Shown piece after piece: positions 30,243 to 39,938 of a stretch of DNA of 64,000 nucleotides (position 1 is the first letter of the stretch; each line of letters begins with the position of its first letter). The stretch is from an uncultured Acidimicrobiaceae bacterium (GTDB lineage: Bacteria > Actinomycetota > Acidimicrobiia > Spongiisociales > UBA5794): contig CAMYIJ010000015.1 of assembly GCA_947258375.1 (NCBI GenBank), positions 1,817 through 65,816 on the forward strand, written 5' to 3'. Both the position numbers and the translations under genes were made by a program. The notes under the pieces were generated by a model. The model saw only the letters and a program-made list of their open reading frames with translations, was not told the origin of the DNA and did no database searches.

Positions 30243-31664
30243 CTACCCGTGGGCCAATGCGACGGCCCTTTGCGCCGGGCTCGCCGGGAGGATCAGATCC
30301 TCGACGAATCGCTCCAACTGACGAATAGTGCGCACCTCGCGCACCGCGTCGCAATACGGCGCGTACCGTGCCATCACGGAGTCACCGGTATTCCAGTAGC
30401 GGCTGGCCTCGGGGTTCAGCCAATAGAGCGCTCGTGCTTTCTGGGCGATCTCGGCGAGCGCCTCCACTCGTGGTTCGCGGTAGTTGCTGCGGGCGTCCCC
30501 CGTCACCAGGACTGAGCTGCGGGGAGTCACTTTGGACAGGTGGTCGCGCACAAAGTCGTCCAGGGCGTGCCCGTAGTCGGAGTGGCCGTCCTGCCACACG
30601 ATCTTGGCCTCACTGGAGAGCTGCTGAAGCGACGTACCCAACTCCCGTCCCGGACCAAAGAACCTGGTCACATCGTCAAGGGCGTCCACAAACGCGAACA
30701 CCTTCACATTGGAGAACTGAGCTGCCAGCGAGAACGTGAGCTGCAGAGTGAACCGGGCAAACGTAGCCATCGAGCCCGAAACGTCACACAACAGCACCAG
30801 CTCGGGCTTCGACTTCCGGGGCGGCTTGAAACTCGGGTCGAGCAGCACCCCGCCATGCTGCAGGGATCTGCGAATGGTGCGGCGCACGTCGAGACGTCCC
30901 TTGCGGCCGTGACGGCGCCGCTGCGCCATCCGGGTCGCCAGTTTGCGTGCCAGCGGGCCGACAGCGGTCTCGATGTTGGCGAGCTCCTCGCGAGTGGCGT
31001 GCATCAGGTCGATATCCTCGAGAAGGGGCGTTCGCAACGTCCTGGCAACGGCCTCCGGCCCGCGATCGGCGACCAGGCGGCGCACAACCTCACGGCGAAC
31101 CTCGGTCTCGAGCATCTCGATGAGCGCCGCTATGTCCTCCTCGGCGATACGGCGAGCCAGCGGATCGTCCTCGTCGACGGCCTCGAGCAGCCGCAGCCGC
31201 AGCCGATCCGCGCCGAGCCGTTGCATCACTCGATAGAAGTAGTAGCGCCCCCCGACGGGACGGCCGGGTTGCAGCCCGGAGAGCTCGGTCACCGCACGAC
31301 GGATCAACTCACGCAGTGCCTCTTCGTCGCCGGCGTTCAGCGCGGCGGCAATCGCCTCGAATAGCTCCTCTGCGCCCTCCCCACCACCGGCGCCTCCCGC
31401 AGCCGCGGCCTGCTGGGCGAACTCGGCGGCAGCCTGTTCCCCCGGTGGCGTGGCGGTACCGAAGAACACGTCGAAGGCCGCCTCGAAGGCCGCGAGGTGG
31501 CGGGCCTGCTTGACGAGGGTGGCGCTCAGGCCCGACTTGAGCGCATCCCGGCTGGCCAGATCCAGGTGCTCGATCGCCTGCGCGGCGTCGATCGCTTCGA
31601 CCATCGACACCGGGACTCCGACCGCTCGCAGTTCCTCGACGAAAGCGGTCAGGGCTCGAATCAT
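30243..31664 (-). CDS. VWA-domain protein, CoxE-like
   Basis: 473 aa with C-terminal vWA (MIDAS DVSGS in ...LLCDVSGSM...). Confidence 0.8.
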   Translation of the reverse strand: MIRALTAFVEELRAVGVPVSMVEAIDAAQAIEHLDLASRDALKSGLSATLVKQARHLAAFEAAFDVFFGTATPPGEQAAAEFAQQAAAAGGAGGGEGAEELFEAIAAALNAGDEEALRELIRRAVTELSGLQPGRPVGGRYYFYRVMQRLGADRLRLRLLEAVDEDDPLARRIAEEDIAALIEMLETEVRREVVRRLVADRGPEAVARTLRTPLLEDIDLMHATREELANIETAVGPLARKLATRMAQRRRHGRKGRLDVRRTIRRSLQHGGVLLDPSFKPPRKSKPELVLLCDVSGSMATFARFTLQLTFSLAAQFSNVKVFAFVDALDDVTRFFGPGRELGTSLQQLSSEAKIVWQDGHSDYGHALDDFVRDHLSKVTPRSSVLVTGDARSNYREPRVEALAEIAQKARALYWLNPEASRYWNTGDSVMARYAPYCDAVREVRTIRQLERFVEDLILPASPAQRAVALAHG

Positions 31665-31671
31665 GGCGGGT

Positions 31672-32550
31672 TCACGAAGGCGCTTCGAGTTCCGCCAACT
31701 TGAGCTCCTTGGCGACTCGCTCGATGTCGTCCTGGTATTTCAACAACACGCCGAGCGTGTCATCGGTGATGCCGGCGGCGACGTCTTCGGCGCCCAGCGC
31801 CATCAATGTCCGGGCCCAGTCGATAGATTCGCTCACCGACGGCGCCTTGCGCAGCTTGAGGTCTCGAATCGAACGCACGACCTTGGCGATCCTGTCGGCC
31901 ATCGAGTCGGACAGCTCCGGGACCCTGGCCAGCAGGATCTCGCGTTCCCGCTCAACGGACGGGTAGCTGATGTGCAGGAACAGGCAACGCCGCTTGAGGG
32001 CTTCGGACAGCTCCCGGGTGTTGTTGGACGTGAGCACAACCAGGGGACGGGAGGAGGCGGTGATCGTGCCGAGCTCCGGGATAGTCACCTGGAAGGAGTC
32101 GAGTACCTCGAGCAGCAGAGCCTCGGTCTCGATCTCGATACGATCCACTTCGTCGATCAGGAGCACGACCGGCTCCTGGGATGTGATCGCGTCGAGCAGC
32201 GGCCGGGTGAGCAGGAACGACTCGCCGAAGATGTCCCCTTCGAGGTCGTCCCACGCCTTACCCTCGTCGGCCTGGAGGCGCAGCAGCTGCTTGTGGTAAT
32301 TCCACTCGTACAGTGCCTTGGCCTCGTCGAGGCCCTCATAGCACTGGAGCCGGATCAACCGGCGGCCGGTCGCCTTGGCCAGCGTCACCGCCAACTCGGT
32401 CTTGCCGACCCCCGCAGGGCCCTCGGTCAGGATCGGCTTCTCGAGCCTGTCGGCGAGGTACACGATCTGGGTGATGTGGGTGTCGGCCAGATAGCCGAGC
32501 TCCTTGAAGCTGTCGGCGATCTCTGCCGGCGAGGTCCATTGTCCGCTCAT
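31672..32550 (-). CDS. MoxR-family AAA+ ATPase, CoxD-like
   Basis: AAA_5 motifs: Walker A GPAGVGKTE and Walker B LLIDEVDR. Lies directly upstream of the VWA gene. Confidence 0.85.
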   Translation of the reverse strand: MSGQWTSPAEIADSFKELGYLADTHITQIVYLADRLEKPILTEGPAGVGKTELAVTLAKATGRRLIRLQCYEGLDEAKALYEWNYHKQLLRLQADEGKAWDDLEGDIFGESFLLTRPLLDAITSQEPVVLLIDEVDRIEIETEALLLEVLDSFQVTIPELGTITASSRPLVVLTSNNTRELSEALKRRCLFLHISYPSVEREREILLARVPELSDSMADRIAKVVRSIRDLKLRKAPSVSESIDWARTLMALGAEDVAAGITDDTLGVLLKYQDDIERVAKELKLAELEAPS

Positions 32551-34055
32551 GTCGCCTCCCAGCGGCCTATCTCGGGGTCATCTTGCGTAACCCGGCTCCT
32601 CACCGTGAATGCCGAGTCGCCCGAGAGCACACCGCCGCGGCCGAAGAGCCTCCCGAATTGCCAATTGGACAGTCCCAGCTCGGGCCGATCGAGAGCGAAC
32701 TGGCCATCCACCCAGCGGGTGAACCCGTTACCGACGAAGGGCGAGTCGATCGTGTTGAAGAACATGTCATGCCGCTCAGGAGACTCGGAGATCAGCGAGG
32801 CGGCAAAGCGGGGACTCTGGTCGTTGAAGGCGGCGACAGCGGCTGACACATCCGGCACGATAACCAGTGTCACCTCGGGGCTGTCCTCCCACTCCCATTC
32901 CAGGCCGAGGCTGTCACGGCCTATCGGCTCGGTGCGGGGCTCGACGACCTCTCCCCCGGCGCGGGCGATCGCCGCGTCGGCAAACCAATCGGCCGGGATC
33001 AGAGCTTCGTCGCCGGCGGCGACGTGAAGCTTGGGGCTGACCCCGCGCGCCTCCGCAGCCCGGGCCAGGCCGGAGAGAAAGCGCGGCACGAGCTCGGCCG
33101 CCCGGTCGGCCACGATGGCGCAGGTGTTGAGGGTGTTGCAGACCTTGCGGTCGAGTGAGTTGTAGACGGCGGCCTCGAGCACACTGCCGTCGGCGTCCTC
33201 GGCGGCGATGATCCAGGCACCGCCGGTGCCGTGAAGACTCACGGGAATCCCGCCCTGGCGAGCGACGGCCCCGAGTTGGGCGACGGCGGCCCCGGAACCA
33301 CGGGCGACGGCGAGGCTGAGCCGTGGATCCGAGAACAGCGCCCAGCCGGCTGCCCTGTCCGGTGAGGCAACGAGCGAGACGGCGCCGGGCGGGAGACCGG
33401 CCGCGGCGAGGGCCGGGTCGAGGGCGTGCTCGACAATGGCGCGGGCGGTACCGAGGGCATCGGAACCGATACGAAAGACCACGGTGTTGCCGCCTCGCAG
33501 CACGCCGGTGGCGTCGGCGAAAACGTTCGGTCGGCCTTCGAACACGAACCCGATCACTCCGAGGCCGCTGCGGACCTGGTCGACGCGCCAGCCGTCGTGG
33601 TGGACCTGCTCGATGACTTCACCCCGCGTCGTGGGAGCGTCCCCCCAGGTGCGCAGCCCGGCGACCATCGCCGCCCGCATCCCGTCGCTTAGAACGAGCC
33701 GCGTTGTCGAGCGTGACCGCTGCCGCGCTTGCTCGACGTCTTCCGCGTTGGCTGCTGCGATCGGGGCAAATGCATCGTCGGATTCGAGGCGGGCGGCGAA
33801 CTCCTCGTAGAAACGCGTGATCTGGTCGTCGGTCACGGATCCCATCGCGGCGAAGGCGTCGACGGCCCGGGACACTGCTCCCGTCGCGATGTCCCAGGGA
33901 CCCTGCGGAATGTGCAGCAGGGCACCGCTGTCCTGGACAACCACGAGGCGATCGCCCGGTTCGAACTCACCCGCCAACTCCGCGGACACCACGGCAACCC
34001 GATTCCCCCCATAGGGGATCGCCATTCCAGCCTCGAGCCGGAGAAGATCAGTCAT
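32547..34055 (-). CDS. ProA-like glutamate-5-semialdehyde dehydrogenase-family protein with N-terminal extension
   Basis: GIPVSLHGTGGAWIIA and a catalytic-Cys context ...LDRKVCNTLNTCAIV resemble ProA (ALDH fold). 502 aa, ~70-80 aa longer than typical ProA. 4-nt overlap with coxD. Confidence 0.6.
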   Translation of the reverse strand: MTDLLRLEAGMAIPYGGNRVAVVSAELAGEFEPGDRLVVVQDSGALLHIPQGPWDIATGAVSRAVDAFAAMGSVTDDQITRFYEEFAARLESDDAFAPIAAANAEDVEQARQRSRSTTRLVLSDGMRAAMVAGLRTWGDAPTTRGEVIEQVHHDGWRVDQVRSGLGVIGFVFEGRPNVFADATGVLRGGNTVVFRIGSDALGTARAIVEHALDPALAAAGLPPGAVSLVASPDRAAGWALFSDPRLSLAVARGSGAAVAQLGAVARQGGIPVSLHGTGGAWIIAAEDADGSVLEAAVYNSLDRKVCNTLNTCAIVADRAAELVPRFLSGLARAAEARGVSPKLHVAAGDEALIPADWFADAAIARAGGEVVEPRTEPIGRDSLGLEWEWEDSPEVTLVIVPDVSAAVAAFNDQSPRFAASLISESPERHDMFFNTIDSPFVGNGFTRWVDGQFALDRPELGLSNWQFGRLFGRGGVLSGDSAFTVRSRVTQDDPEIGRWEAT

Positions 34056-34083
34056 ACGAAGAATCTAGTAGCAGAAAGGTATC

Positions 34084-34301
34084 TCCTCCCCCGTTGCACG
34101 CCGCTTTGGGCGGGCAACGTCTGGGGGAGGTGGGCGGCGACGAAGGAGCCGCTCGGAGGGGGAAGCCAAGACAGTCCGAACAGCTCGCGACGCGGACACG
34201 AACCATGCCAGACGCTGATCCCGCGCCTCCGCAACCCCCCTCGGCTCCTCGTACCTCGTCGCCACTCCCCCAAACATTTCCGACTACGTCGTCAAACGGG
34301 G
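34084..34301. repeat. GC-rich ~220-nt intergenic element with terminal inverted repeats (copy A1)
   Basis: Bounded by ATCTCCTCCCCCG...AACGGGGGGAGAGAC. Shares ordered internal modules with 43594..43816: GGGCGGCGACGAAGGAGCCGC, GACGCTG(A/G)TCCCGCGCCTC(C/T)GC(A/T)ACCCCCCTCG, CTCCCCC(C)AAAC. Confidence 0.6.
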
Positions 34302-34315
34302 GGAGAGACACACAC

Positions 34316-34559
34316 GCCGACATGTCTCCTCCCCTCGCGAGCGCAGCGAGTGTTGGAGAAGGTGCCCGAGGAACGAGGGCGGAGGGGGGAACGCCTTCGG
34401 CGTTCCTTGCGAGTTTGGCTGCGGAGAAGCTAGGGGGCGCGGCGGACAGCTTCTGTCGCGGTCACAGCCGCCCGAGACGTTTGTCTCGCGCCTTTGCCAG
34501 GAGTTGCGTAGCAACTCAAAGGAACCCGCAGGGTTCCCATCACCTGATACCTTCTCAGT
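34316..34559. repeat. second, diverged tandem copy of the element (A2) containing the 35-nt tRNA-associated module
   Basis: Begins GTCTCCTCCCCTCGCGAG (like copy B's left end). Contains GGGAACGCCTTCGGCGTTCCTTGCGAGTTTGGCTG, the reverse complement of 26822..26856, and GGCGCGGCGGACAGC as in B. Confidence 0.5.
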
Positions 34560-35228
34560 ATGGCCACGACCGTCGTTCTAGCTGAGGACAATTACCTGAT
34601 GCGAGAAGCACTCGTCTCGCTTCTAGGCACCCTCGACGAAGTAGCGCTCGTCGCCGTGTGCGAGAACTACGACGAGTTGATCGAGACCGTCGATGAGCTT
34701 CGACCGGAAGTGGTCATCACCGATATTCGTATGCCGCCGACCCAAACCGACGAGGGAATCCGTGCCGCCAACCACATCCGTGAGCATTTTCCGGAGACGG
34801 GAGTGGTTGTGCTCAGCCAGTACGTCGAGCCGGAGTACGCATTGCGGCTATTTCGCGACGGGTCTTCAGGGCGGGCGTATCTCCTCAAGGACCACGTGGG
34901 GAACATCGACGCTTTGACCGCCGCTATGGCGGAGGTGAAAGGGGGCGGATCAACCGTCGACCCGCAGGTCGTCGAGGTCTTGGTGGCGGCGCGAATCAGG
35001 GAGAAGGAGTCTTTGCTGCAACGGCTCAGCCCGAGGGAGCTCGAGGTCTTGGCGGAAGTGGCGAAGGGCCTCAACAACGCCAGCATCGCGAATGCCCTGT
35101 TCATCTCACAGCGAGCCGTGGAAAAGCACATCGGCGCCATCTTCAGCAAACTCGACCTGTCGTTCGAAGACGCCACCCACCACCGGGTCCGCGCCGTCTT
35201 GCTCTATCTGGCGGAAACGGGGCCGTGA
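34560..35228 (+). CDS. LuxR/NarL-family response regulator
   Basis: REC domain (VVLAEDNYLMREAL...VVITDIRMP) plus a C-terminal LuxR HTH (LSPRELEVLAEVAKGLNNASIANALFISQRAVEKHI). Confidence 0.85.
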   Translation: MATTVVLAEDNYLMREALVSLLGTLDEVALVAVCENYDELIETVDELRPEVVITDIRMPPTQTDEGIRAANHIREHFPETGVVVLSQYVEPEYALRLFRDGSSGRAYLLKDHVGNIDALTAAMAEVKGGGSTVDPQVVEVLVAARIREKESLLQRLSPRELEVLAEVAKGLNNASIANALFISQRAVEKHIGAIFSKLDLSFEDATHHRVRAVLLYLAETGP

Positions 35229-35302
35229 CGTAGTGTTGACCGCACCCTTTGTGGCGGGCTCATGCCCTGGACAATGGGCGTCTATGGTCGCAGGCTCAGT
35301 GG

Positions 35303-35683
35303 ATGGATCAGATGGCTGACGTGCGCGTCCTCATCGTCGATGACCAGCTTCCCTTCCGCGAAGCCTCGCGTATGGTCGTGGAGATGACCGACGGCTTCGA
35401 GGTCGCCGGCGAAGCTGAGAATGGTGAAGAGGGCGTCGAGATGTCGCGGGCCCTCGGCCCCGACCTGGTTCTCATGGATGTCCAGATGCCCGGCATCGAT
35501 GGGCTCGAGGCCACCCGGAGAATCAGGCAGCTCGACAACCCGCCTCACGTGGTCGTGATGTCCACCCACGAGTCTGGCGACTATCGGGAAACGGCGTTGA
35601 CCGCTGGCGCGGACGCGTTCATCCCCAAGTCCGAGTTCAGCATGGACGCTCTCGAAGAACTGTGGGGTCAGGTCAGCGGCTAA
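35303..35683 (+). CDS. single-domain response regulator (receiver only)
   Basis: [14 protein letters not shown]...[16 protein letters not shown]...VVMSTH. Its 3' end overlaps the convergent kinase gene by 4 nt. Confidence 0.7.
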   Translation: MDQMADVRVLIVDDQLPFREASRMVVEMTDGFEVAGEAENGEEGVEMSRALGPDLVLMDVQMPGIDGLEATRRIRQLDNPPHVVVMSTHESGDYRETALTAGADAFIPKSEFSMDALEELWGQVSG

Positions 35684-37812
35684 ACACCGACCCGATCGCC
35701 GATCGGCACCGTGCCCCGGACCGTTGTGCCCGATCCAGGTGCCGATTCGAAGCTCAAACTACCGGCGATGGCGTCGATACGGTCAGACATGTTCGCCAGC
35801 CCGGATCCCGCGGCGACGGTTGCCGGGTCGAATCCGCCCCCGTCGTCGGTTACTTCGAAGCTGAGCTGCCCACCGGTCTCCCGCAGGGCGACTGAAGTAG
35901 TTGACGCTCCGGCGTACTTGGCGATGTTCTGCAGTGCCTCGAGGATTGTGAAGTACACGGCAGCTTCGACCTCACGTGAGTATCGACCGACGCCGTCCGC
36001 CTCGACGTCGATGCGGAGCGCAGCTCTTTGGGTCTGATTCGATATCGCAACCGGCAGGCCCTCGGCCTCGAGAAGTGGCGGGTAGACCCCCCCGGAAAAC
36101 GCCCTAACGGCACGGATCGCTTCGCCGGCGTCTGATTCGAGCTGTGCCAGGATCTCAGCAGTCTTGGCGGCACCGGCCTGGGCGGCCAGCTTGCGGGTCG
36201 GTCCCAGCATCACCTTGAGCGCGACCAGCTGCTGTTGTGGCCCGCTGTCGAGGTCGCGCTCCAGAGCCCTTCGCGCTTCGTCGGCAGCGGCCAGAATCCG
36301 CTCGCGGGAGGCCTCCAGTTCTGCTACGTGCTCTCGCAGCTTCGCAGTCAGCCTGGAGTTGCGCAGGGCCAGACCCATTCCGCCGGCGAGACTCGCAATC
36401 AGCTGCTCTTCGGCAGAGGGGAGCTCCTCGCCGCGGGCCTTGTTCAACGAGAGCCCTCCGAGGAGTTCGCCGTCGTGGAACACGGGCAAGGAGTAGTCCG
36501 CGTTCGGGTCCGCGAACGTGTCCGTTCCGGTGATCGCCTCGGGCGCGGCGGTCTCGGGCCAGGTGGCGGTGGCGTGGAATCCCTCGTCGATATGCACCCA
36601 GATGGTGGCCTCGGCAGCCGCCGTGCCGTCGACTATCAGCCGGGGAATTCGCCAGAGCAACTCGTCATCCGACGCTTCCGCAGCCCGATGCGAGAACCGG
36701 GCGAGCACCTCATACGGTGTCGCCCGCTGCCCGTACACGAGCCGATTAGCCCATTCCTGCGCCCGCCGACGCATGGGCCCGAATGCGATTGCTACCAGCG
36801 CTGTTGCTGCCACCTGAATGATGAAATCCGCCCCATCACCCGATCCGAACAGTGACCCCACTCCGACCACGACGGCTACGTACAATCCGGACAGGACGAT
36901 GGCCAAGGTGCCGACCACCACAGTCTTGTTGATCACGACGTCGATGTCGTAAAGCCGGTACCTGCCGACTGCGATCCCGTATGAAGCGATGAAAACGGCA
37001 GCCGCCACCATGAGCGGAACCACCAGCAGACCCTCGTTCGATTCTCCTCCGAGCAGGATCGCCGCAATGAGAGCCGGCCCGAATACGGAGGCACCCCACA
37101 CGATCCATTTGAACTGTTGCCTAGCAACGCCGACGCTGCGTCGGAATCGACCAACCAGAGCGACGAGTGACAGGATTGTGGCGGCGATCGCGGCGGTTGC
37201 TCCGGCGTCGGCCAGGGCTCCTTGATCGACCGCCATGCTCCCCGGGCGATAGCTCCACGCGGCGCCCGCTGCCGCCGCGAGGATGCTGACGGCGGCCAAT
37301 GCGCCGACCCAGCGCCAGCGAGGCGCGGGCAATCTGCCGTCGGGGAACAAGAGGAAACCAAACGTTGGAATGGCGAGAATCGCCGCCACCACGCTCCACT
37401 CGCTCACAATCAAGGTCACCGCCGCCGGCGCAGAGAGATCGGCAGGAATGGAAGGTGCGCCCAAGATCAGAGCGGGATCGTCGACCGCCCACAGCGCGAC
37501 ACCCGCGCGCCCGGCGACGTCAAGGCCACAGAGGGCGGCAATGGCGGCCATGACCCACACCACCGCGTTGCGGGGCTGTTGGGGGATCACCAGCCAGGCG
37601 ACGATGGCGAAGAACAGTGCCAGCAACCCAGCGAACGCCAGGAACTCTCTCCACCACAATTCGGCATGCCCGGCGGTGATGAGCATCGCCGACCCGATCA
37701 CGGCGAGAGTGCCACCGAGTGCGACGACCGCCCGCAGGACTATCACCAATGTGCGATCGGCCTCCCTACCGGGCTGATCCACCGCCGCACGCGTCTCTAC
37801 TCGCACGCTCAT
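35680..37812 (-). CDS. sensor histidine kinase: multi-TM N-terminus, GAF, HisKA_3, HATPase_c
   Basis: ~8 predicted TM helices, a GAF-like region, the H-box ...[15 protein letters not shown]... (HisKA_3, NarL-type partner), and a C-terminal ATPase (G-box [10 protein letters not shown]). Start MSVRVE by ORF arithmetic. Confidence 0.8.
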   Translation of the reverse strand: MSVRVETRAAVDQPGREADRTLVIVLRAVVALGGTLAVIGSAMLITAGHAELWWREFLAFAGLLALFFAIVAWLVIPQQPRNAVVWVMAAIAALCGLDVAGRAGVALWAVDDPALILGAPSIPADLSAPAAVTLIVSEWSVVAAILAIPTFGFLLFPDGRLPAPRWRWVGALAAVSILAAAAGAAWSYRPGSMAVDQGALADAGATAAIAATILSLVALVGRFRRSVGVARQQFKWIVWGASVFGPALIAAILLGGESNEGLLVVPLMVAAAVFIASYGIAVGRYRLYDIDVVINKTVVVGTLAIVLSGLYVAVVVGVGSLFGSGDGADFIIQVAATALVAIAFGPMRRRAQEWANRLVYGQRATPYEVLARFSHRAAEASDDELLWRIPRLIVDGTAAAEATIWVHIDEGFHATATWPETAAPEAITGTDTFADPNADYSLPVFHDGELLGGLSLNKARGEELPSAEEQLIASLAGGMGLALRNSRLTAKLREHVAELEASRERILAAADEARRALERDLDSGPQQQLVALKVMLGPTRKLAAQAGAAKTAEILAQLESDAGEAIRAVRAFSGGVYPPLLEAEGLPVAISNQTQRAALRIDVEADGVGRYSREVEAAVYFTILEALQNIAKYAGASTTSVALRETGGQLSFEVTDDGGGFDPATVAAGSGLANMSDRIDAIAGSLSFESAPGSGTTVRGTVPIGDRVGV

Positions 37813-39938
37813 GTCGACTCCAGCACTTCGCCGGCTACGGGAAGCTGCAGCGTGATTGCTGTCCCTTCCTCGGAGGGGACAACTGCCAACGTTCCGCCAA
37901 AGGCGTCGACTCGATCCTCGAGCGCAGTGAACTTTGTCCCACCATTTGCCGAGTCGAATGTCACGGCGACGGACAGCCACGTATTGTCACCTTGAATTTT
38001 CACCTCAGCGGACTTGGCCCCCGCCATCTCGCCCCGGTTCAGCGCCGCCAGCACGCAGAAGTAGATGGTTTCCTCGACTTGCCGCGAGTATCGGGGGATG
38101 TCTTTCGATTCAATCCGGATCTGGAGCTGGACAGTGCGGGTGGTGGCCGCCAAGGCGGGGCCGAGGCCTTCGGCTTCGAGCAGTGGCGGATAGATCCCTC
38201 TGGCGACGGTTCGCATGGCGTCTACGGCCTCTTGGGTGCCGGCTGCAAGAGATGCAATCCTTTCGGTCAGGTCGGCTGCACCTTCGCGCCCTGCGAGGTT
38301 CTGGGCGAGGCCGAGCTTGACCTTGAGCGCCACGACCTGTTGCTGAGCGCCGTCATGAAGGTCGCGTTCCAAGCGGTGGCGGGCGGCGTCGTGCGCCGCG
38401 ATGAGGCGTCGCCTCGAACCTTGGAGTTGATCCGCCCGCTGGACCAGCTCTGCGTTGAGTCGCAGATTACGTAGCAGCAGGCCGGCCCCGGCCGCGACGT
38501 CTGCCAGCAGGTCTTCGTCGGCCGGGGTGACCGGGTGGGCCCGCGGCTTGGCGATGCTGAGGGCGCCGAGCAATTCGCCGCCATGAACCACGGGCACCGA
38601 CAGCTGGAATTCGGAGTTGGGCATGTCGTCGTCGACGCCGATGTCGGATGGATGGGTCGGGACATCGGCCGGTGAGGAAGCTTCCGCGCGGAGGCGCTCG
38701 GCCACTCGGAGCCACACGACGGCGGTTTCGGCCGCTGTGCCGTCGCGAAGGAGCTGAGCGAGCCCCTCGAGCCCGGCGCCAGCCGAAGTGTCCGACAGTT
38801 GAGATGTCAGTTGCGACAGCACCTCCGTGGGCGCCGCCCGTCTTCCGTAGACGATGCGGTTGGCCCAGCGCTGCAGCCTCGCGCGAATCGGTTCGAACAC
38901 GATCGCCACCAACGCCGTGGCTCCCAAGGGCAGCGTGAGGCCCAGGTCGCCTCCTCGCTGGGATTCATCACCGAAGACGAATATGTACGCGAGTACCGCG
39001 GCGCCGTAGAGAGCCGAGATCACCACCGCAAGCGACAGGTAGGCCACCGTCCTCGAGACCACCACATCGATCTCGTACAACCGGTACTTCGTGATAGCCA
39101 TCGCAAAGGCCGCGATCAACAGAACTTCTCCCGCAGCCATCGCAACCGCGCCCGTTCCTGTGAGCGATGTCTTCTCGGTGACGAGCGCCCAGATCACCGC
39201 CATGCTGAGGAACGTGGCACCCCAGCCGATCCAGCGAATCTGGCGTCGGACAATTCCCGAACTGCGCCGATAGCGGACGACGAGCGCGGCTATCCCGAAC
39301 ACCGCGCCAAAGATTGCCAGGACGTCCAGCGTCTCGGAGATCTGAAGGTCCAACCTGTCAAACGCCGAGTCTGGCGGGTCCAGGACGGATTGTGTGACGG
39401 AGGGCCGGACCAGCCATATCGAAAAGCCTACGGCAAGCGACATCGTGATCACGCTGTACCGGCTCGCCCACCTCCACCTTGAAGAGGGCAGCTTGCCGTC
39501 GGGGAAGCGCAGGAGCCCCAACGCCAGGATCAGGCAGAAGACCGGGAGCCAGGCCCAGACCGCGGGCTGCATGGCAAGTGCCACCGGCAACGGTACGCCT
39601 GCCGGGGTCAACCCTTCCGCCACGTCCACAGTGAACTCTGGGAATGACCCGTGACCCCACACAACGATTACGGCAAAGCCGGCGGCGAACAGTGCTCCGA
39701 AGGACGCAGCCCCGACCAGAGCCCACACCACTCCGTTGCGAACTTCCGTGTCAATCGTCAGCCAAACGAGCGATCCGAAGCCGACTGCGAGAATGCCCAG
39801 GTGGACGACGCCCTGGTCGAAGAAGAAGTCCCAGCCGCCGAGTACGGCGACGATTCCCATGCTGAGGAGAGCCACGATCGCCGCGAAGGCGGCGAGCACC
39901 CTCCCCCACGTGATCAAGGTGTGGTCCTGGAAGTTCAC
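37809..39938 (-). CDS. sensor histidine kinase paralogue (multi-TM, GAF, HisKA_3, HATPase_c)
   Basis: Same architecture and collinear similarity to the downstream kinase: [32 protein letters not shown] vs RRRLIAAHDAARHRLERDLHDGAQQQVVALKV. GTG start overlaps the cyclase stop (GTGA). Confidence 0.8.
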   Translation of the reverse strand: MNFQDHTLITWGRVLAAFAAIVALLSMGIVAVLGGWDFFFDQGVVHLGILAVGFGSLVWLTIDTEVRNGVVWALVGAASFGALFAAGFAVIVVWGHGSFPEFTVDVAEGLTPAGVPLPVALAMQPAVWAWLPVFCLILALGLLRFPDGKLPSSRWRWASRYSVITMSLAVGFSIWLVRPSVTQSVLDPPDSAFDRLDLQISETLDVLAIFGAVFGIAALVVRYRRSSGIVRRQIRWIGWGATFLSMAVIWALVTEKTSLTGTGAVAMAAGEVLLIAAFAMAITKYRLYEIDVVVSRTVAYLSLAVVISALYGAAVLAYIFVFGDESQRGGDLGLTLPLGATALVAIVFEPIRARLQRWANRIVYGRRAAPTEVLSQLTSQLSDTSAGAGLEGLAQLLRDGTAAETAVVWLRVAERLRAEASSPADVPTHPSDIGVDDDMPNSEFQLSVPVVHGGELLGALSIAKPRAHPVTPADEDLLADVAAGAGLLLRNLRLNAELVQRADQLQGSRRRLIAAHDAARHRLERDLHDGAQQQVVALKVKLGLAQNLAGREGAADLTERIASLAAGTQEAVDAMRTVARGIYPPLLEAEGLGPALAATTRTVQLQIRIESKDIPRYSRQVEETIYFCVLAALNRGEMAGAKSAEVKIQGDNTWLSVAVTFDSANGGTKFTALEDRVDAFGGTLAVVPSEEGTAITLQLPVAGEVLEST

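Noticed and set aside
29640-30515. 291-aa + ORF and the 31450..33027 525-aa + ORF
   Set aside because: Both are antisense to the receiver/CoxE and CoxD/ProA-like genes respectively and have low-complexity Arg/Pro/Ser composition.
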